DNA of 64,000 nt from an uncultured Alphaproteobacteria bacterium (GTDB lineage: Bacteria; Pseudomonadota; Alphaproteobacteria; Rhizobiales; Xanthobacteraceae): positions 1,584,274 to 1,648,273 of the forward strand of contig CAWGKM010000003.1 of the NCBI GenBank assembly GCA_963823225.1, written 5' to 3'. A program made the translations under genes and the position numbers. The first letter of the stretch is position 1. Each line of letters opens with the position of its first letter. Positions 19,795 through 29,464 of the stretch are shown piece after piece. A model generated the notes under the pieces. That model saw only the letters and a list, made by a program, of their open reading frames with translations, searched no databases and was not told the origin of the DNA.

Positions 19795-20727
19795 ATGAGC
19801 GCACCGGCGAGCGAAGCACATCTCGTCACCGTCGCCGACGGGGTGCATGCCTGGATCGGCGCCGGTGGCGATTCCAATGCCGGTGCGATCGAAACTCCGC
19901 AAGGCGTCATCGTCATCGATACCCAGCAATATCCGCGGCTGGCGCGGCAACTGCGCGCCGCCGTGCTCGGCAAGACCGGCAAACCGCTGCGCGCCGTCGT
20001 CAACACCCATTGTCATCTCGATCACACGTCCGGCAACACGGTATTCGCCGAGGTGCCGATCCTCGCGCACGAAAAGACGCTCGCCGCGATGAATGCGTGT
20101 CTCGGTCCGCGCCAGGGCGAGGAATGGTCGATCAACGATTTTGGCACCAAGCTGCGCTTTCTGTTCGGCCAGAATATTTTGGAGCTGGTGCCCGACGGCG
20201 ATCCGGCGCGGCGCTGGTTCGAGGGCCGCATCAGCCTGCCTGACTACGAGACCGTGGTGATCCGCCCGCCGAACGAGACTTTCGCCGACAGTTTTGCATT
20301 TGCCCTGCCCGACGACACGGTACGGCTGCACTATTTCGGCCCGGCGCATTGCGACGGCGACATCGTGGTGCATCTGCAACGGCGCAAGATCGCGTTTCTC
20401 GGCGACCTCTTGTTTCACGGCCGTTTTCCCTGGCTCGGCGATTGCGATCTCGACGGCTTGATCGCCGCGCTCGGCCGCGTGCTCGCGCTCGACGTCGCGG
20501 TGGTGGTGCCCGGCCACGGGCCGCCGGCGACGCTCGCCGAGGTGGCGCGCTTCCGCGACATGCTGGTCGAACTGCGCGGCGCAGTCGCGCGCGCCGTCAA
20601 GGCGGGCGTCTCGGAAGACGCCGCCGTGCGCGAAATCGCGCTGCCGCAATACGCCCATATCCAGCGCTACACCGAATGGCTGCCGCTCGACGTGCGCGCG
20701 GCCTATAGATATTTGCGCAGAGGATGA
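19795..20727 (+). CDS. MBL-fold metallo-hydrolase
   Basis: ATG at 19795. Contains the HCHLDHTSGN metal-binding motif and a downstream PGHG. Confidence 0.8.
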   Translation: MSAPASEAHLVTVADGVHAWIGAGGDSNAGAIETPQGVIVIDTQQYPRLARQLRAAVLGKTGKPLRAVVNTHCHLDHTSGNTVFAEVPILAHEKTLAAMNACLGPRQGEEWSINDFGTKLRFLFGQNILELVPDGDPARRWFEGRISLPDYETVVIRPPNETFADSFAFALPDDTVRLHYFGPAHCDGDIVVHLQRRKIAFLGDLLFHGRFPWLGDCDLDGLIAALGRVLALDVAVVVPGHGPPATLAEVARFRDMLVELRGAVARAVKAGVSEDAAVREIALPQYAHIQRYTEWLPLDVRAAYRYLRRG

Positions 20728-21140
20728 GTCCGTTCTCGAAAAGCCCAAGCCGGGGCGCAGCGATGGATCTCGACAGGCTCTTTGATGCCGCGCGCCGCGC
20801 GCCGCGGCTTGCCGGCCGCGGCCTGGTTCAGGCCTATCGCCATACGCTCTCCCCGCTCATCGGTTTCGAGTGCCGGCATTTGCCGACCTGTTCCGAGTAT
20901 GCCGATCAGGCGCTCGACCGCTTCGGGCTTTGGGCCGGCTCATGGATGACGCTGGCGCGGCTCCTGCGCTGTCAGCCGTGGGGCACGTCGGGGCTCGATT
21001 TCGTGCCCCAAGCGTTGCCGGAAAAATCGCGCTGGTATATGCCGTGGCGCTACGCAAGATGGCGGGGGACGAATTCCGCCCCGCCTGACCCGCGCGCCCT
21101 TGCCGGACCGGACTCGGCAGGGCGCCGCGCGCGAGACTGA
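20724..21140 (+). CDS. yidD: Membrane protein insertion efficiency factor YidD
   Basis: YRHTLSPLIGFECRHLPTCSEYA...LRCQPWG is the YidD signature. The start could instead be the internal MDLDR. Confidence 0.8.
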   Translation: MSPFSKSPSRGAAMDLDRLFDAARRAPRLAGRGLVQAYRHTLSPLIGFECRHLPTCSEYADQALDRFGLWAGSWMTLARLLRCQPWGTSGLDFVPQALPEKSRWYMPWRYARWRGTNSAPPDPRALAGPDSAGRRARD

Positions 21141-21200
21141 AATTCGTCCGGCCACGCTTACCTGCATTGGTACGCAGCGAGTGAGCAACAGGAGTCTCAA

Positions 21201-23144
21201 ATGGTCGCGCTGACCTTCCCCGACGGCGCGCGTCGGGATTATCCCGACGGCACAACCGGCCTCGACATCGCCAAGGGCATTTCGCCCTCGCTTGCCAAGC
21301 GCACGGTGGCGATGGCGCTCGACGGCAAGCTTGCCGACCTTGCCGATCCGATCGAGCGCGACGCCAAAATCGAATTTTTGACCCGCGACGATCCGCGCGC
21401 GCTCGAACTCATCCGCCACGATGCCGCCCATGTGCTCGCCGAAGCGGTGCAAACGCTGTGGCCCGGCACCCAGGTCACCATCGGGCCGGTGATCGACAAC
21501 GGCTTCTATTACGATTTCTTCCGCAACCAGCCGTTCACGCCGGAGGATTTCGCGGCAATCGAGAAGAAGATGCGCGAGATCGTCGCGCGCGACAAACCGT
21601 TCACCAAGGAAGTGTGGTCGCGCGACCAAGCGAAGAAAGTATTTCGCGACATGGGCGAGCAGTTCAAGGTCGAACTGGTCGACGCCATTCCCGAAGACCA
21701 ACAGATCAAAATCTACAAACAGGGCGATTGGTTCGACCTGTGCCGCGGCCCGCACATGACCTCGACCGGCAAAGTCGGCAATGCGTTCAAACTGATGAAA
21801 GTCGCCGGCGCCTATTGGCGCGGCGATCCCAGCCGGGAAATGCTGTCGCGCATCTACGGCACCGCCTTCGCCAAACAGGAAGAGCTCGACGCCTATTTGA
21901 AGCAGATCGAGGAGGCGGAGAAGCGCGACCACAGAAAACTCGGCCGCGAAATGGATCTATTTCATTTCCAGGAGGAAGCGCCCGGCTCGGTGTTCTGGCA
22001 TCCCAAAGGCTGGACGCTGTTCCAGACGCTGGAGAGCTACATCCGCCGCCGCCAGTTGGACGCCGGCTATGCCGAGGTCAACGCGCCGCAGCTCATCGAT
22101 TCCTCGCTGTGGGTCGCCTCCGGCCATATGGCGACGTTTCGCGACGTGATGTTTCTGGTCGAGCCGCGCGAGGAGGACGCGCGCACTTTCGTGGTCAAGC
22201 CGATGAACTGCCCCGGCCACATCCAGATTTTCAAGAATGGGCTCAAATCCTACCGCGATCTGCCGTTCAAGATCGCCGAATTCGGCAAGGTGCACCGTTA
22301 TGAGCCGTCCGGCGCGCTGCACGGGCTTTTACGCGTGCGCGCCTTTACCCAGGACGACGCGCATATTTTCATTACCGAGGGGCAGATCGCCGAGGAAGTG
22401 CTCAAGGTCAACGACCTGATCCTGTCGATCTACCGCGATTTCGGCTTCGAGGACGTGCGCATCAAATTCTCCGACCGCCCGGAGAAACGCATCGGCGAGG
22501 ACGCGGTATGGGACAAGGCCGAAGCCGCGCTGATGACGGCGCTTAAGGCTTCCGGCCGGCCGTGGACGCTCAACAAGGGCGAAGGCGCCTTCTACGGCCC
22601 GAAACTCGAATACGTGCTGCGCGACGCCATCGGCCGCGATTGGCAGTGCGGTACCGTGCAGGTCGATCTCAACATGCCGGGCCGGCTCGGCGCGTTCTAT
22701 ATCGACGAGCATTCGAACAAAGTGACGCCGGTGATGCTGCACCGCGCGATGTTCGGCTCGCTGGAGCGCTTCACCGGAATCATGATCGAGCATTATGCCG
22801 GCCATCTGCCGCTGTGGCTCGCGCCGTTGCAGGCGGTGATCGCCACCATCACCTCGGATGCCGACGATTACGCGCGCGAGGCGATCGCGGCGGCGCGGCG
22901 CGCCGGCCTGCGCGTCGAAGGCGATTTGCGCAACGAGAAGATCAATTACAAGGTCCGCGAACATTCGCTGGCGAAAGTTCCGGTGCTGCTCGTCGTCGGC
23001 AAGAAGGAAGCCGCCGAGCGCACGGTGTCGATCCGCCGCCTCGGCAGCGAAGGTCAGCAGGTGATGCCGTTCGACGCCACGCTGTCTGCGCTCGGGCAGG
23101 AAGCGGTGCCGCCGGACGCGGCGCGCGTCGGCAAGGCGGCGTGA
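21201..23144 (+). CDS. thrS: Threonine--tRNA ligase
   Basis: 647 aa with TGS, editing and class II catalytic motifs ([37 protein letters not shown]). Confidence 0.95.
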   Translation: MVALTFPDGARRDYPDGTTGLDIAKGISPSLAKRTVAMALDGKLADLADPIERDAKIEFLTRDDPRALELIRHDAAHVLAEAVQTLWPGTQVTIGPVIDNGFYYDFFRNQPFTPEDFAAIEKKMREIVARDKPFTKEVWSRDQAKKVFRDMGEQFKVELVDAIPEDQQIKIYKQGDWFDLCRGPHMTSTGKVGNAFKLMKVAGAYWRGDPSREMLSRIYGTAFAKQEELDAYLKQIEEAEKRDHRKLGREMDLFHFQEEAPGSVFWHPKGWTLFQTLESYIRRRQLDAGYAEVNAPQLIDSSLWVASGHMATFRDVMFLVEPREEDARTFVVKPMNCPGHIQIFKNGLKSYRDLPFKIAEFGKVHRYEPSGALHGLLRVRAFTQDDAHIFITEGQIAEEVLKVNDLILSIYRDFGFEDVRIKFSDRPEKRIGEDAVWDKAEAALMTALKASGRPWTLNKGEGAFYGPKLEYVLRDAIGRDWQCGTVQVDLNMPGRLGAFYIDEHSNKVTPVMLHRAMFGSLERFTGIMIEHYAGHLPLWLAPLQAVIATITSDADDYAREAIAAARRAGLRVEGDLRNEKINYKVREHSLAKVPVLLVVGKKEAAERTVSIRRLGSEGQQVMPFDATLSALGQEAVPPDAARVGKAA

Positions 23145-23154
23145 CGACGGCGCG

Positions 23155-23478
23155 CTAAGCGGCCACTTTGAGTTTGAGACCGAGCGCACGCAGCACTTTG
23201 AGTACCGTGGCGAGCTCGGGATTGCCGCCACGCGACAGCGCCTTGTAAAGGCTTTCCCGGCCGAGGCCCGCCGATCGGGCGATTTTCGCCATGCCTTTAG
23301 AGCGCGCGACATCGCCAAGCGCGGCCGCCACCAAGGCCGGGTCGCCATCCTCGAACACAGCTTCGAGATAACCGGCAACGTCAGCGGCGGTCTTCAAATA
23401 ATCGGCGGAATCCCAAGGTAAGGTCTTGATTTTTGTCTTGCGCCTTTTGGTTTTCGGCTTCTTCGCGTTTGCGGTCAT
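23155..23478 (-). CDS. Addiction-module antidote protein (HigA-family HTH antitoxin)
   Basis: 107 aa. DSADYLKT..YLEAVFEDGDP..IARSAGLGRESLYKALS matches the antidote family. Lies 9 bp downstream of the toxin gene. Confidence 0.75.
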   Translation of the reverse strand: MTANAKKPKTKRRKTKIKTLPWDSADYLKTAADVAGYLEAVFEDGDPALVAAALGDVARSKGMAKIARSAGLGRESLYKALSRGGNPELATVLKVLRALGLKLKVAA

Positions 23479-23487
23479 AAGAGCCTC

Positions 23488-23778
23488 CTAAAGGTCGCGC
23501 GCCAACCTGAGCGGCGTCGCGATGTCCTGTTGTTGCGTTCGCTTGTCGCCACCGGCGAGTAAGATGATGAGCGCATCACCGCGTCGAATGAAATAAACGC
23601 GATAACCGGGACCGTAGTCGATCCGCATCTCAGATACACCCTCCCCGATTGGGCTTACGTCGCCGGGATTACCGAGTGAAAGCCGGCGGATGCGGGCTTG
23701 GATTCGTGTCCGCGCCGTTCTGTCGCGCAAGCGTTCAAACCAACGAGCAAAACGCTCGGTTTGGCGAATTTCGATCAC
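23488..23778 (-). CDS. Type II toxin, RelE/ParE superfamily (addiction-module killer, HigB-like)
   Basis: 96 aa. FARWFERLRD...RIRRLSLGNPGDVSPIGEGVSEMRIDYGPGYRVYF is typical of killer proteins. Confidence 0.75.
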   Translation of the reverse strand: MIEIRQTERFARWFERLRDRTARTRIQARIRRLSLGNPGDVSPIGEGVSEMRIDYGPGYRVYFIRRGDALIILLAGGDKRTQQQDIATPLRLARDL

Positions 23779-23828
23779 GGACTACTACTGTATTCTATAG
23801 GATACGAAAATTCAAGCCCGCGCGCGCC

Positions 23829-24936
23829 TCACCGCGCGAGCACTTCGACCTCGCCGTCAACGCCGGTGACGACCTTGAAGTCGCGCTGATAGGTCTCGCC
23901 CTCGTTGCGCGCGATGACGTGGTAATCGCCTTCGGCCAGAACGATGCGCGGGAAGGCGCCGATCGATTCCTTGATCACGTCGCCGCCCGGGGTGAGCACC
24001 GTCCATTGGGTATTGGCAAGCGCCTCGCCGCCGGGATTGTTGACGAGCTTGAGCGTGATGACCGCGGCGCGATGGGTCACCACGATATCGGTGAGCTTGG
24101 CCGGCTCGATGTGCACGTCGGAGCGCACCACCGAATTGCCGTCGCCGTAATTCGACACGATGTTGTAGGTGCCTTCGGGCAACAGCACGACGTCGCCCGG
24201 CATCACGTTCTGCGCGATCGGCCGCCGCCGGCCGGTGTCGAACTGGCTGCCGGCGATAGATCTCGAACGAGATCTGTCCGGTCGGAATGCGCACGTCGCC
24301 GACGCGGCCTTCGAGCCGCATGCCGCCGGCGGGAATGTCGAAGACTTCGTGCACCGTTTCGGAGCGCAACTGAACCGCCTTGGCGGCGCTGGCGAGTCCG
24401 AGGCTCGCATGCACGACGTAATTGCCCGGCGGCAGCACGAAAGTCGGCGCCGCCGTGCGGTCCTCCTTGACCAGACGGAATATGCCGGTCGCGTCGGGCT
24501 TGGCCGCATAGACTCGCCAGATAAGCCCGCTGCCGATGAGCGGCGCGTCGCGGCCGTAGCGCGCAGTCACCGAAAGCGCCACGTGTCCGGCCGGAACGAT
24601 CGGCACCGCTTGCGCGGCCGGCGGCGCGGATTGCGGCACCAATGGCGCCGGCGCAACGATGGCGGCGGCGCCGGGCGGCGGTGCGACGGCTGGGGCGGGC
24701 GGGCCCGACGGCGCGGCCGGCGCAGGCGGCGCGAATGGTGCGAACGGCGCGGGCGCCGGCGGTTGCGGCGGCAGCAGGCTGCGCATTTGCGCGAAGCCCG
24801 GCGACGGCGCGAACACAACGGCCGCGACCACGGCCAAAACCGCGGCCAAAACCACGGCACCGTTGCAGCGCCGAACTTTGCTCAAGACCCAACCCGACAT
24901 CGTGTTTTTTGTCGATCCTAATCGCGGCGAATTCAA
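23829..24936 (-). pseudogene. Secreted proline-rich protein, frameshifted near 24250-24257
   Basis: Signal/TM segment, a Pro/Ala-rich linker and the first domain are in the 23857..24936 frame up to GQISFEIY. The continuation AGSQFDTGRRRPIAQNVMPGDVVLLPEGTY is in the 23829..24509 frame. Confidence 0.65.
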
Positions 24937-25019
24937 GCCGGCGCGGACCGAGCGGCCGGTCCCAGTCGCGGCCCCCCGAACGCCGTATCTAGCTGACAGA
25001 GCGTCACTTTCACCATATC

Positions 25020-26108
25020 GTGATTTTGCGATTGTTGCCGCGCGTGCCGGACCCGATGATGGCTCGCCGCGGCGAAACGATATCGTCCTTTGGCGCGTTT
25101 TTTGTGGAAGGTCGCGAGGATCACGTGAGTACCATCGACGTTGCAGCCAAGACCGTCGATGCCGGTCATCTCGCCGTCAAGCGCGGCGGGCCCACCATCG
25201 GCCTCGTCCTCGGCAGCGGTGCGGCGCGCGGCTTCGCCCATATCGGCGTCATGCGCGCGCTGCAAGCGCACGGGATTGCGCCCGATATCATCGTCGGCAC
25301 GTCGATGGGCGCGCTGGTCGGCGGTTGCTACGCCACCGATCAGCTCGACACGCTTGAGAACTGGGTGCGTTCGCTGACACGGCGGCGCATCATCGGCTAT
25401 CTCGACGTGCGGATCGGCGGCTCGGGCATTATCGGCGGCACAAGGCTGGCGCACGAGTTGGAGGAATCGATTGGCGATATCGCGATCGAGGATTTGCCGA
25501 TCCGTTTCACCGCGATCGCCACCGAGATCGGGACCGGCCACGAAGTCTGGCTGACGCGCGGCTCGCTGGCGCTGGCGCTTCGCGCCTCCTACGCTTTACC
25601 GGGACTTTTCCCGCCGGTCCATGTCGGCGGCCGCTGGCTGGTCGATGGAGCTCTCGTCAATCCGGTGCCGGTCTCGGCGGCGCGCGCGCTTGGCGCTCGG
25701 GTCGTTATCGCGATCAATATGGAAGGCGATCGTTTCGGCCGCGGCGCCACCATCGCGAGCCACGGCGCCGACCTCGGCGACGGCGTTGCGCCGCCCAACC
25801 ACACGCGCAACGGCTTCGCCCGCTTGCGCGGCCTATTCGGCGCCGAACGCGCGCTCAAGCGCAATCTCTTCGCCGACGCTTCGCAGCCCGGGTTCCCCAC
25901 CGTCATGGTTGAGTCGTTCAACATCATGCAGGACCGCCTGACTCGCATGCGACTCGCCGGCGATCCGCCGGACGTTCACATCACGCCGCATATCGGCCGC
26001 ATCGGCTGGCTCGACTTTCATCGCGGCGCGGAGGCGATCGCGATCGGTCAGGCCGCTACCGAAAAGGCGATCGATTCGATCAATGAATCCATCGCCGACC
26101 TCAGTTGA
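25020..26108 (+). CDS. Patatin-like phospholipase
   Basis: GLVLGSGAARGFAHIGV (oxyanion hole), GTSMGA (nucleophile elbow) and the DGALVNPVP Asp motif. Confidence 0.85.
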   Translation: MILRLLPRVPDPMMARRGETISSFGAFFVEGREDHVSTIDVAAKTVDAGHLAVKRGGPTIGLVLGSGAARGFAHIGVMRALQAHGIAPDIIVGTSMGALVGGCYATDQLDTLENWVRSLTRRRIIGYLDVRIGGSGIIGGTRLAHELEESIGDIAIEDLPIRFTAIATEIGTGHEVWLTRGSLALALRASYALPGLFPPVHVGGRWLVDGALVNPVPVSAARALGARVVIAINMEGDRFGRGATIASHGADLGDGVAPPNHTRNGFARLRGLFGAERALKRNLFADASQPGFPTVMVESFNIMQDRLTRMRLAGDPPDVHITPHIGRIGWLDFHRGAEAIAIGQAATEKAIDSINESIADLS

Positions 26109-26118
26109 CGCAGGGAAA

Positions 26119-26244
26119 CTATTGCGACGGCGAGTTTTGCGCGCAGGTCGTCTGGCACGCGATCTGTTGGGTGGTGCAATTGAGCTGGCAGGTGGTGCTC
26201 ACATTGGCATTGCCGGTCGTGGTCGCGGCGCGAGGCCGCATCAT
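26119..26244 (-). CDS. Possible small Thr/Cys/Gln-rich peptide (~41 aa)
   Basis: The C-terminal 35 codons (TTTGNANVSTTCQLNCTTQQIACQTTCAQNSPSQ) have strong GC3 bias. The start is uncertain because the upstream part overlaps a 42-bp tandem repeat. Confidence 0.25.
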   Translation of the reverse strand: MMRPRAATTTGNANVSTTCQLNCTTQQIACQTTCAQNSPSQ

Positions 26245-26315
26245 AGCGGCGGAGTTGCGACGGGCGAATGCGTGAGGCCGCATCATAGCGCCGGGGCTGC
26301 GACGGGGGAATGCGT
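26232..26315. repeat. 42-bp tandem direct repeat (2 units), followed by a 10-bp perfect hairpin at 26305-26330
   Basis: Units gaggccgcatcatagcggcggagttgcgacgggcgaatgcgt and gaggccgcatcatagcgccggggctgcgacgggggaatgcgt. Hairpin GGGGAATGCG-TTTTGC-CGCATTCCCC. Confidence 0.85.
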
Positions 26316-26355
26316 TTTGCCGCATTCCCCGCGCCGACTGCATCGCCGGTCCGCT

Positions 26356-26796
26356 TCAGCTCGCTACGCGGTGCGGATGTAATCGCGCATCGCCGCCGAA
26401 TTCGCGCTCCATTTCCTGCAGGCGATGCTTGACCACGTCGCCGATCGATATGATGCCGGCAAGCCGGCCCTGATCGAGGACCGGAAGGTGACGGAATTTG
26501 CCGTCGGTCATGCGTTCCATGATGCTGGCGACGGTCTCGGCCTCGGTGCAGGTCGAGACTTTGCGCGTCATGACCCGGTTCACCGGCTCGTCGAGCACGC
26601 CGGCGCCGCGCTCGGCAAGCGCGCGCACGATATCGCGTTCGGAGAGGATGCCGACGATGCGGCGGTCCGCGCCAAGCACGATCACCGCGCCGATCCGTTT
26701 TTCGGCGAGAAGCGCAACCGCCGCGGCGAGCGTGGCGTTAGGTTCGACGCTGACCACTTCGCGACCCTTGCCGGCGAGAATAATGCTGACCGACAT
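26356..26796 (-). CDS. CBS-domain pair protein
   Basis: 146 aa with two CBS motifs (IGAVIVL..IVGILSERDIVRA; FRHLPVLDQGRLAGIISIGDVVK). Confidence 0.85.
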   Translation of the reverse strand: MSVSIILAGKGREVVSVEPNATLAAAVALLAEKRIGAVIVLGADRRIVGILSERDIVRALAERGAGVLDEPVNRVMTRKVSTCTEAETVASIMERMTDGKFRHLPVLDQGRLAGIISIGDVVKHRLQEMEREFGGDARLHPHRVAS

Positions 26797-26997
26797 CGTA
26801 GCCTCCCTGGTTTTGCCGCGATCCGCTGCCGAAGCAGTTTCCGCTTCCGGCAGACCGCGCGGTGCTTCATGGCGCCGCCGTCCGCCTGGAGCGAACCGGC
26901 GACGGCGAAGCCAGTGACTTTAATGTTTTTAGCCTGTGTACGGTTCCGCCGCCACAACCGCCGTGCGTGCTGCAATGCAGCATTGAGCCAATTTGGC

Positions 26998-27792
26998 TCA
27001 GGCGCTCGGTTTCGTGCCGCGATCTGCGCGCCGAACGACCGGATCGAAGGCATCGAACAACAGGAGGCCGGCGAAAAAGCCGCCGACATGCGCCTGCCAG
27101 GCGATTTCCTGTCCGGCCTGTTCGCCGAACGAGATAGTGCCGAGGCCGAACAACGCGTTCAGTCCGAGCCAGACCGCCAGGAACAGCAAGAACCGCGGAT
27201 CGCGAAGCGTCGCGGCAAGCGAGGCGGCCGGAACCCGATAGGCGTCGCCGGAGCGTTCTCGCCAGCGGCTCAACGGACCGTCTTGCTGGAACACAAAGCG
27301 CATCGCCGCCGCCATAGCGCCCGATATTGCGGCGGACGCGCCGATCATCGGCACCATCGCGCCGAGGTGGCTGACCAGATGCGCCAGCGCACCGATCGCC
27401 GCCATCCCCAGCATGAACAAAATATAGCGCCACGGCCCGAAGCGCCGTGCCAGCGCGGTGCCGAACGGTATGAGCCAAGCCAGATTGAGCCCGAGATGCA
27501 TGAGATCGGCGTGGATGAAAGCGTAGGTGAAAAATGTCCACAGATCGGCGCCGAAGCCGCCGGGCAACCAGCCATGGCCGGGCAGATCGGTACCGTAACG
27601 CGCCGGGATGAACGCGAAAGTCAGAAGAAACCGCAAGTCCTGCTCGTCCGTGAGCGCGAAGGCGCGAAACGCATGAACGAGCACGAGCGCGCCAACCGTC
27701 GCAATGACGACCAGCGGCACGTTGAAAATCGGCTCTGAGAAACCAGGCTCGGATTGCTGCGTCACCGGCTGCACCTTAAGTCTTGCCGACAT
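26998..27792 (-). CDS. Rhomboid-family intramembrane serine protease
   Basis: Six or seven TM helices, with HLGLNL and the GASAAISG catalytic serine motif plus a downstream AHVGGF histidine. Confidence 0.85.
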   Translation of the reverse strand: MSARLKVQPVTQQSEPGFSEPIFNVPLVVIATVGALVLVHAFRAFALTDEQDLRFLLTFAFIPARYGTDLPGHGWLPGGFGADLWTFFTYAFIHADLMHLGLNLAWLIPFGTALARRFGPWRYILFMLGMAAIGALAHLVSHLGAMVPMIGASAAISGAMAAAMRFVFQQDGPLSRWRERSGDAYRVPAASLAATLRDPRFLLFLAVWLGLNALFGLGTISFGEQAGQEIAWQAHVGGFFAGLLLFDAFDPVVRRADRGTKPSA

Positions 27793-27796
27793 AGCG

Positions 27797-27921
27797 CGGG
27801 ATGACTTTTCTTCAAATCGTCATCCGGCTCTGTCTAATTGTTTGAGCATGTCGTTTTCGCAAAACCGGTTCCCACCCACGGATCAAGTCCGAGGGCAAGC
27901 TTTTTGCGGGACATGCTCTAG
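27797..27921 (+). repeat. About 120-bp palindromic intergenic repeat, copy B
   Basis: Aligns to copy A. Inverted repeats GGATGAC/GTCATCC and GAGCATGTC/GACATGCTC. Confidence 0.75.
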
Positions 27922-28315
27922 ACGCGTGCCGCGGCGGCGACAAGCGGTGCGCAACACAAAAGATAAAGAGAGGACGCCTGCGTCCTCCCTTTTGCACCCT
28001 GCGCGGGGCTTCCGCGTTCGACACCGGCGACAGCGGGCATCGCGGCCTCGCGTCGCCGGCGTCGGTCACATCCCCTCGCCTCCCTGAATTTCAGAAAACG
28101 CCGCCAAGAATTGAACCGCCACACTAGCCGGTCAACCCCACCCGGCCAACGTCAACGTCCCGTTAAGTTTAATTCCGCGTCGACGCCGCAACTGTGTGCG
28201 TTAACGCACGCGCGGCACGCGACCTGCTGCGCACCCCGTCACGCAGCCGTTCGCCGCCATCCTTGTCCCGGTCAGGGACAGGTGTGCGGCAATGGCGCGA
28301 TGGCAGGGAGCGTTT

Positions 28316-28885
28316 ATGAAACACGCAGCGAGCCGGGAACTCTATGCGTATTGGCAGGAGCGGCGCGGTACACGTGCGGCGCCCGAACGCGCCGAGATCG
28401 AGCCTGGCGCCATTCGCCAAGTGCTCAGCGACGCCTTCATCCTCGCGCTCGACGGCGGCACGGGTCATCCGTTTCGGCTTGCCGGCACGCGGGTCTGCGC
28501 GCTGTTCGGCCGTGAGCTTAAGGGCGAGCCATTCATCGGCCTTTGGGCCGCGGCGAGCCAGCCGGTGATCTCCGATTTGCTCGCCATTCTCGACAGCGAG
28601 CGCGTCGGCACCGTTGCCGGCGTGACGGCGCAGCACGCCAACGGGGAACCGATCGAACTCGAGCTTCTGCTGCTGCCGCTTGCCGCCACCCGGCCGAGCC
28701 TCGCCCGCACCATCGGCATCCTGGCGCCGCTCAAAATACCGCAATGGCTCGGCGCCAGCCCGATCGGCGCGCTGACCTTAACAGGCCGCCGCCATATCGG
28801 GGCATCGATCGAGACACGTATTTTGCCGCGTTTCATGGCGCCGCGCCGGCGTCAGCTCGTCGTTCACCAGGGCGGCCGCAGCTAG
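28316..28885 (+). CDS. PAS-like domain protein (DUF1457-type)
   Basis: MKHAASRELYAYWQERRG...PERAEIEPGAI is characteristic of this alphaproteobacterial family, recalled from memory. Confidence 0.6.
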   Translation: MKHAASRELYAYWQERRGTRAAPERAEIEPGAIRQVLSDAFILALDGGTGHPFRLAGTRVCALFGRELKGEPFIGLWAAASQPVISDLLAILDSERVGTVAGVTAQHANGEPIELELLLLPLAATRPSLARTIGILAPLKIPQWLGASPIGALTLTGRRHIGASIETRILPRFMAPRRRQLVVHQGGRS

Positions 28886-29000
28886 GCGTGGACTCATAAA
28901 CACGCAGCCAATGTCTGCTGTTGGGGGTAAAGCGGACATCGCGCGGAGTTGTCGTCATGTCCTGCAGGCTTTCGGTGGAAAAGACGAATATTCCGCTTAA

Positions 29001-29447
<447 letters not shown>

Positions 29448-29464
29448 CAACACCGGGGGAACAA

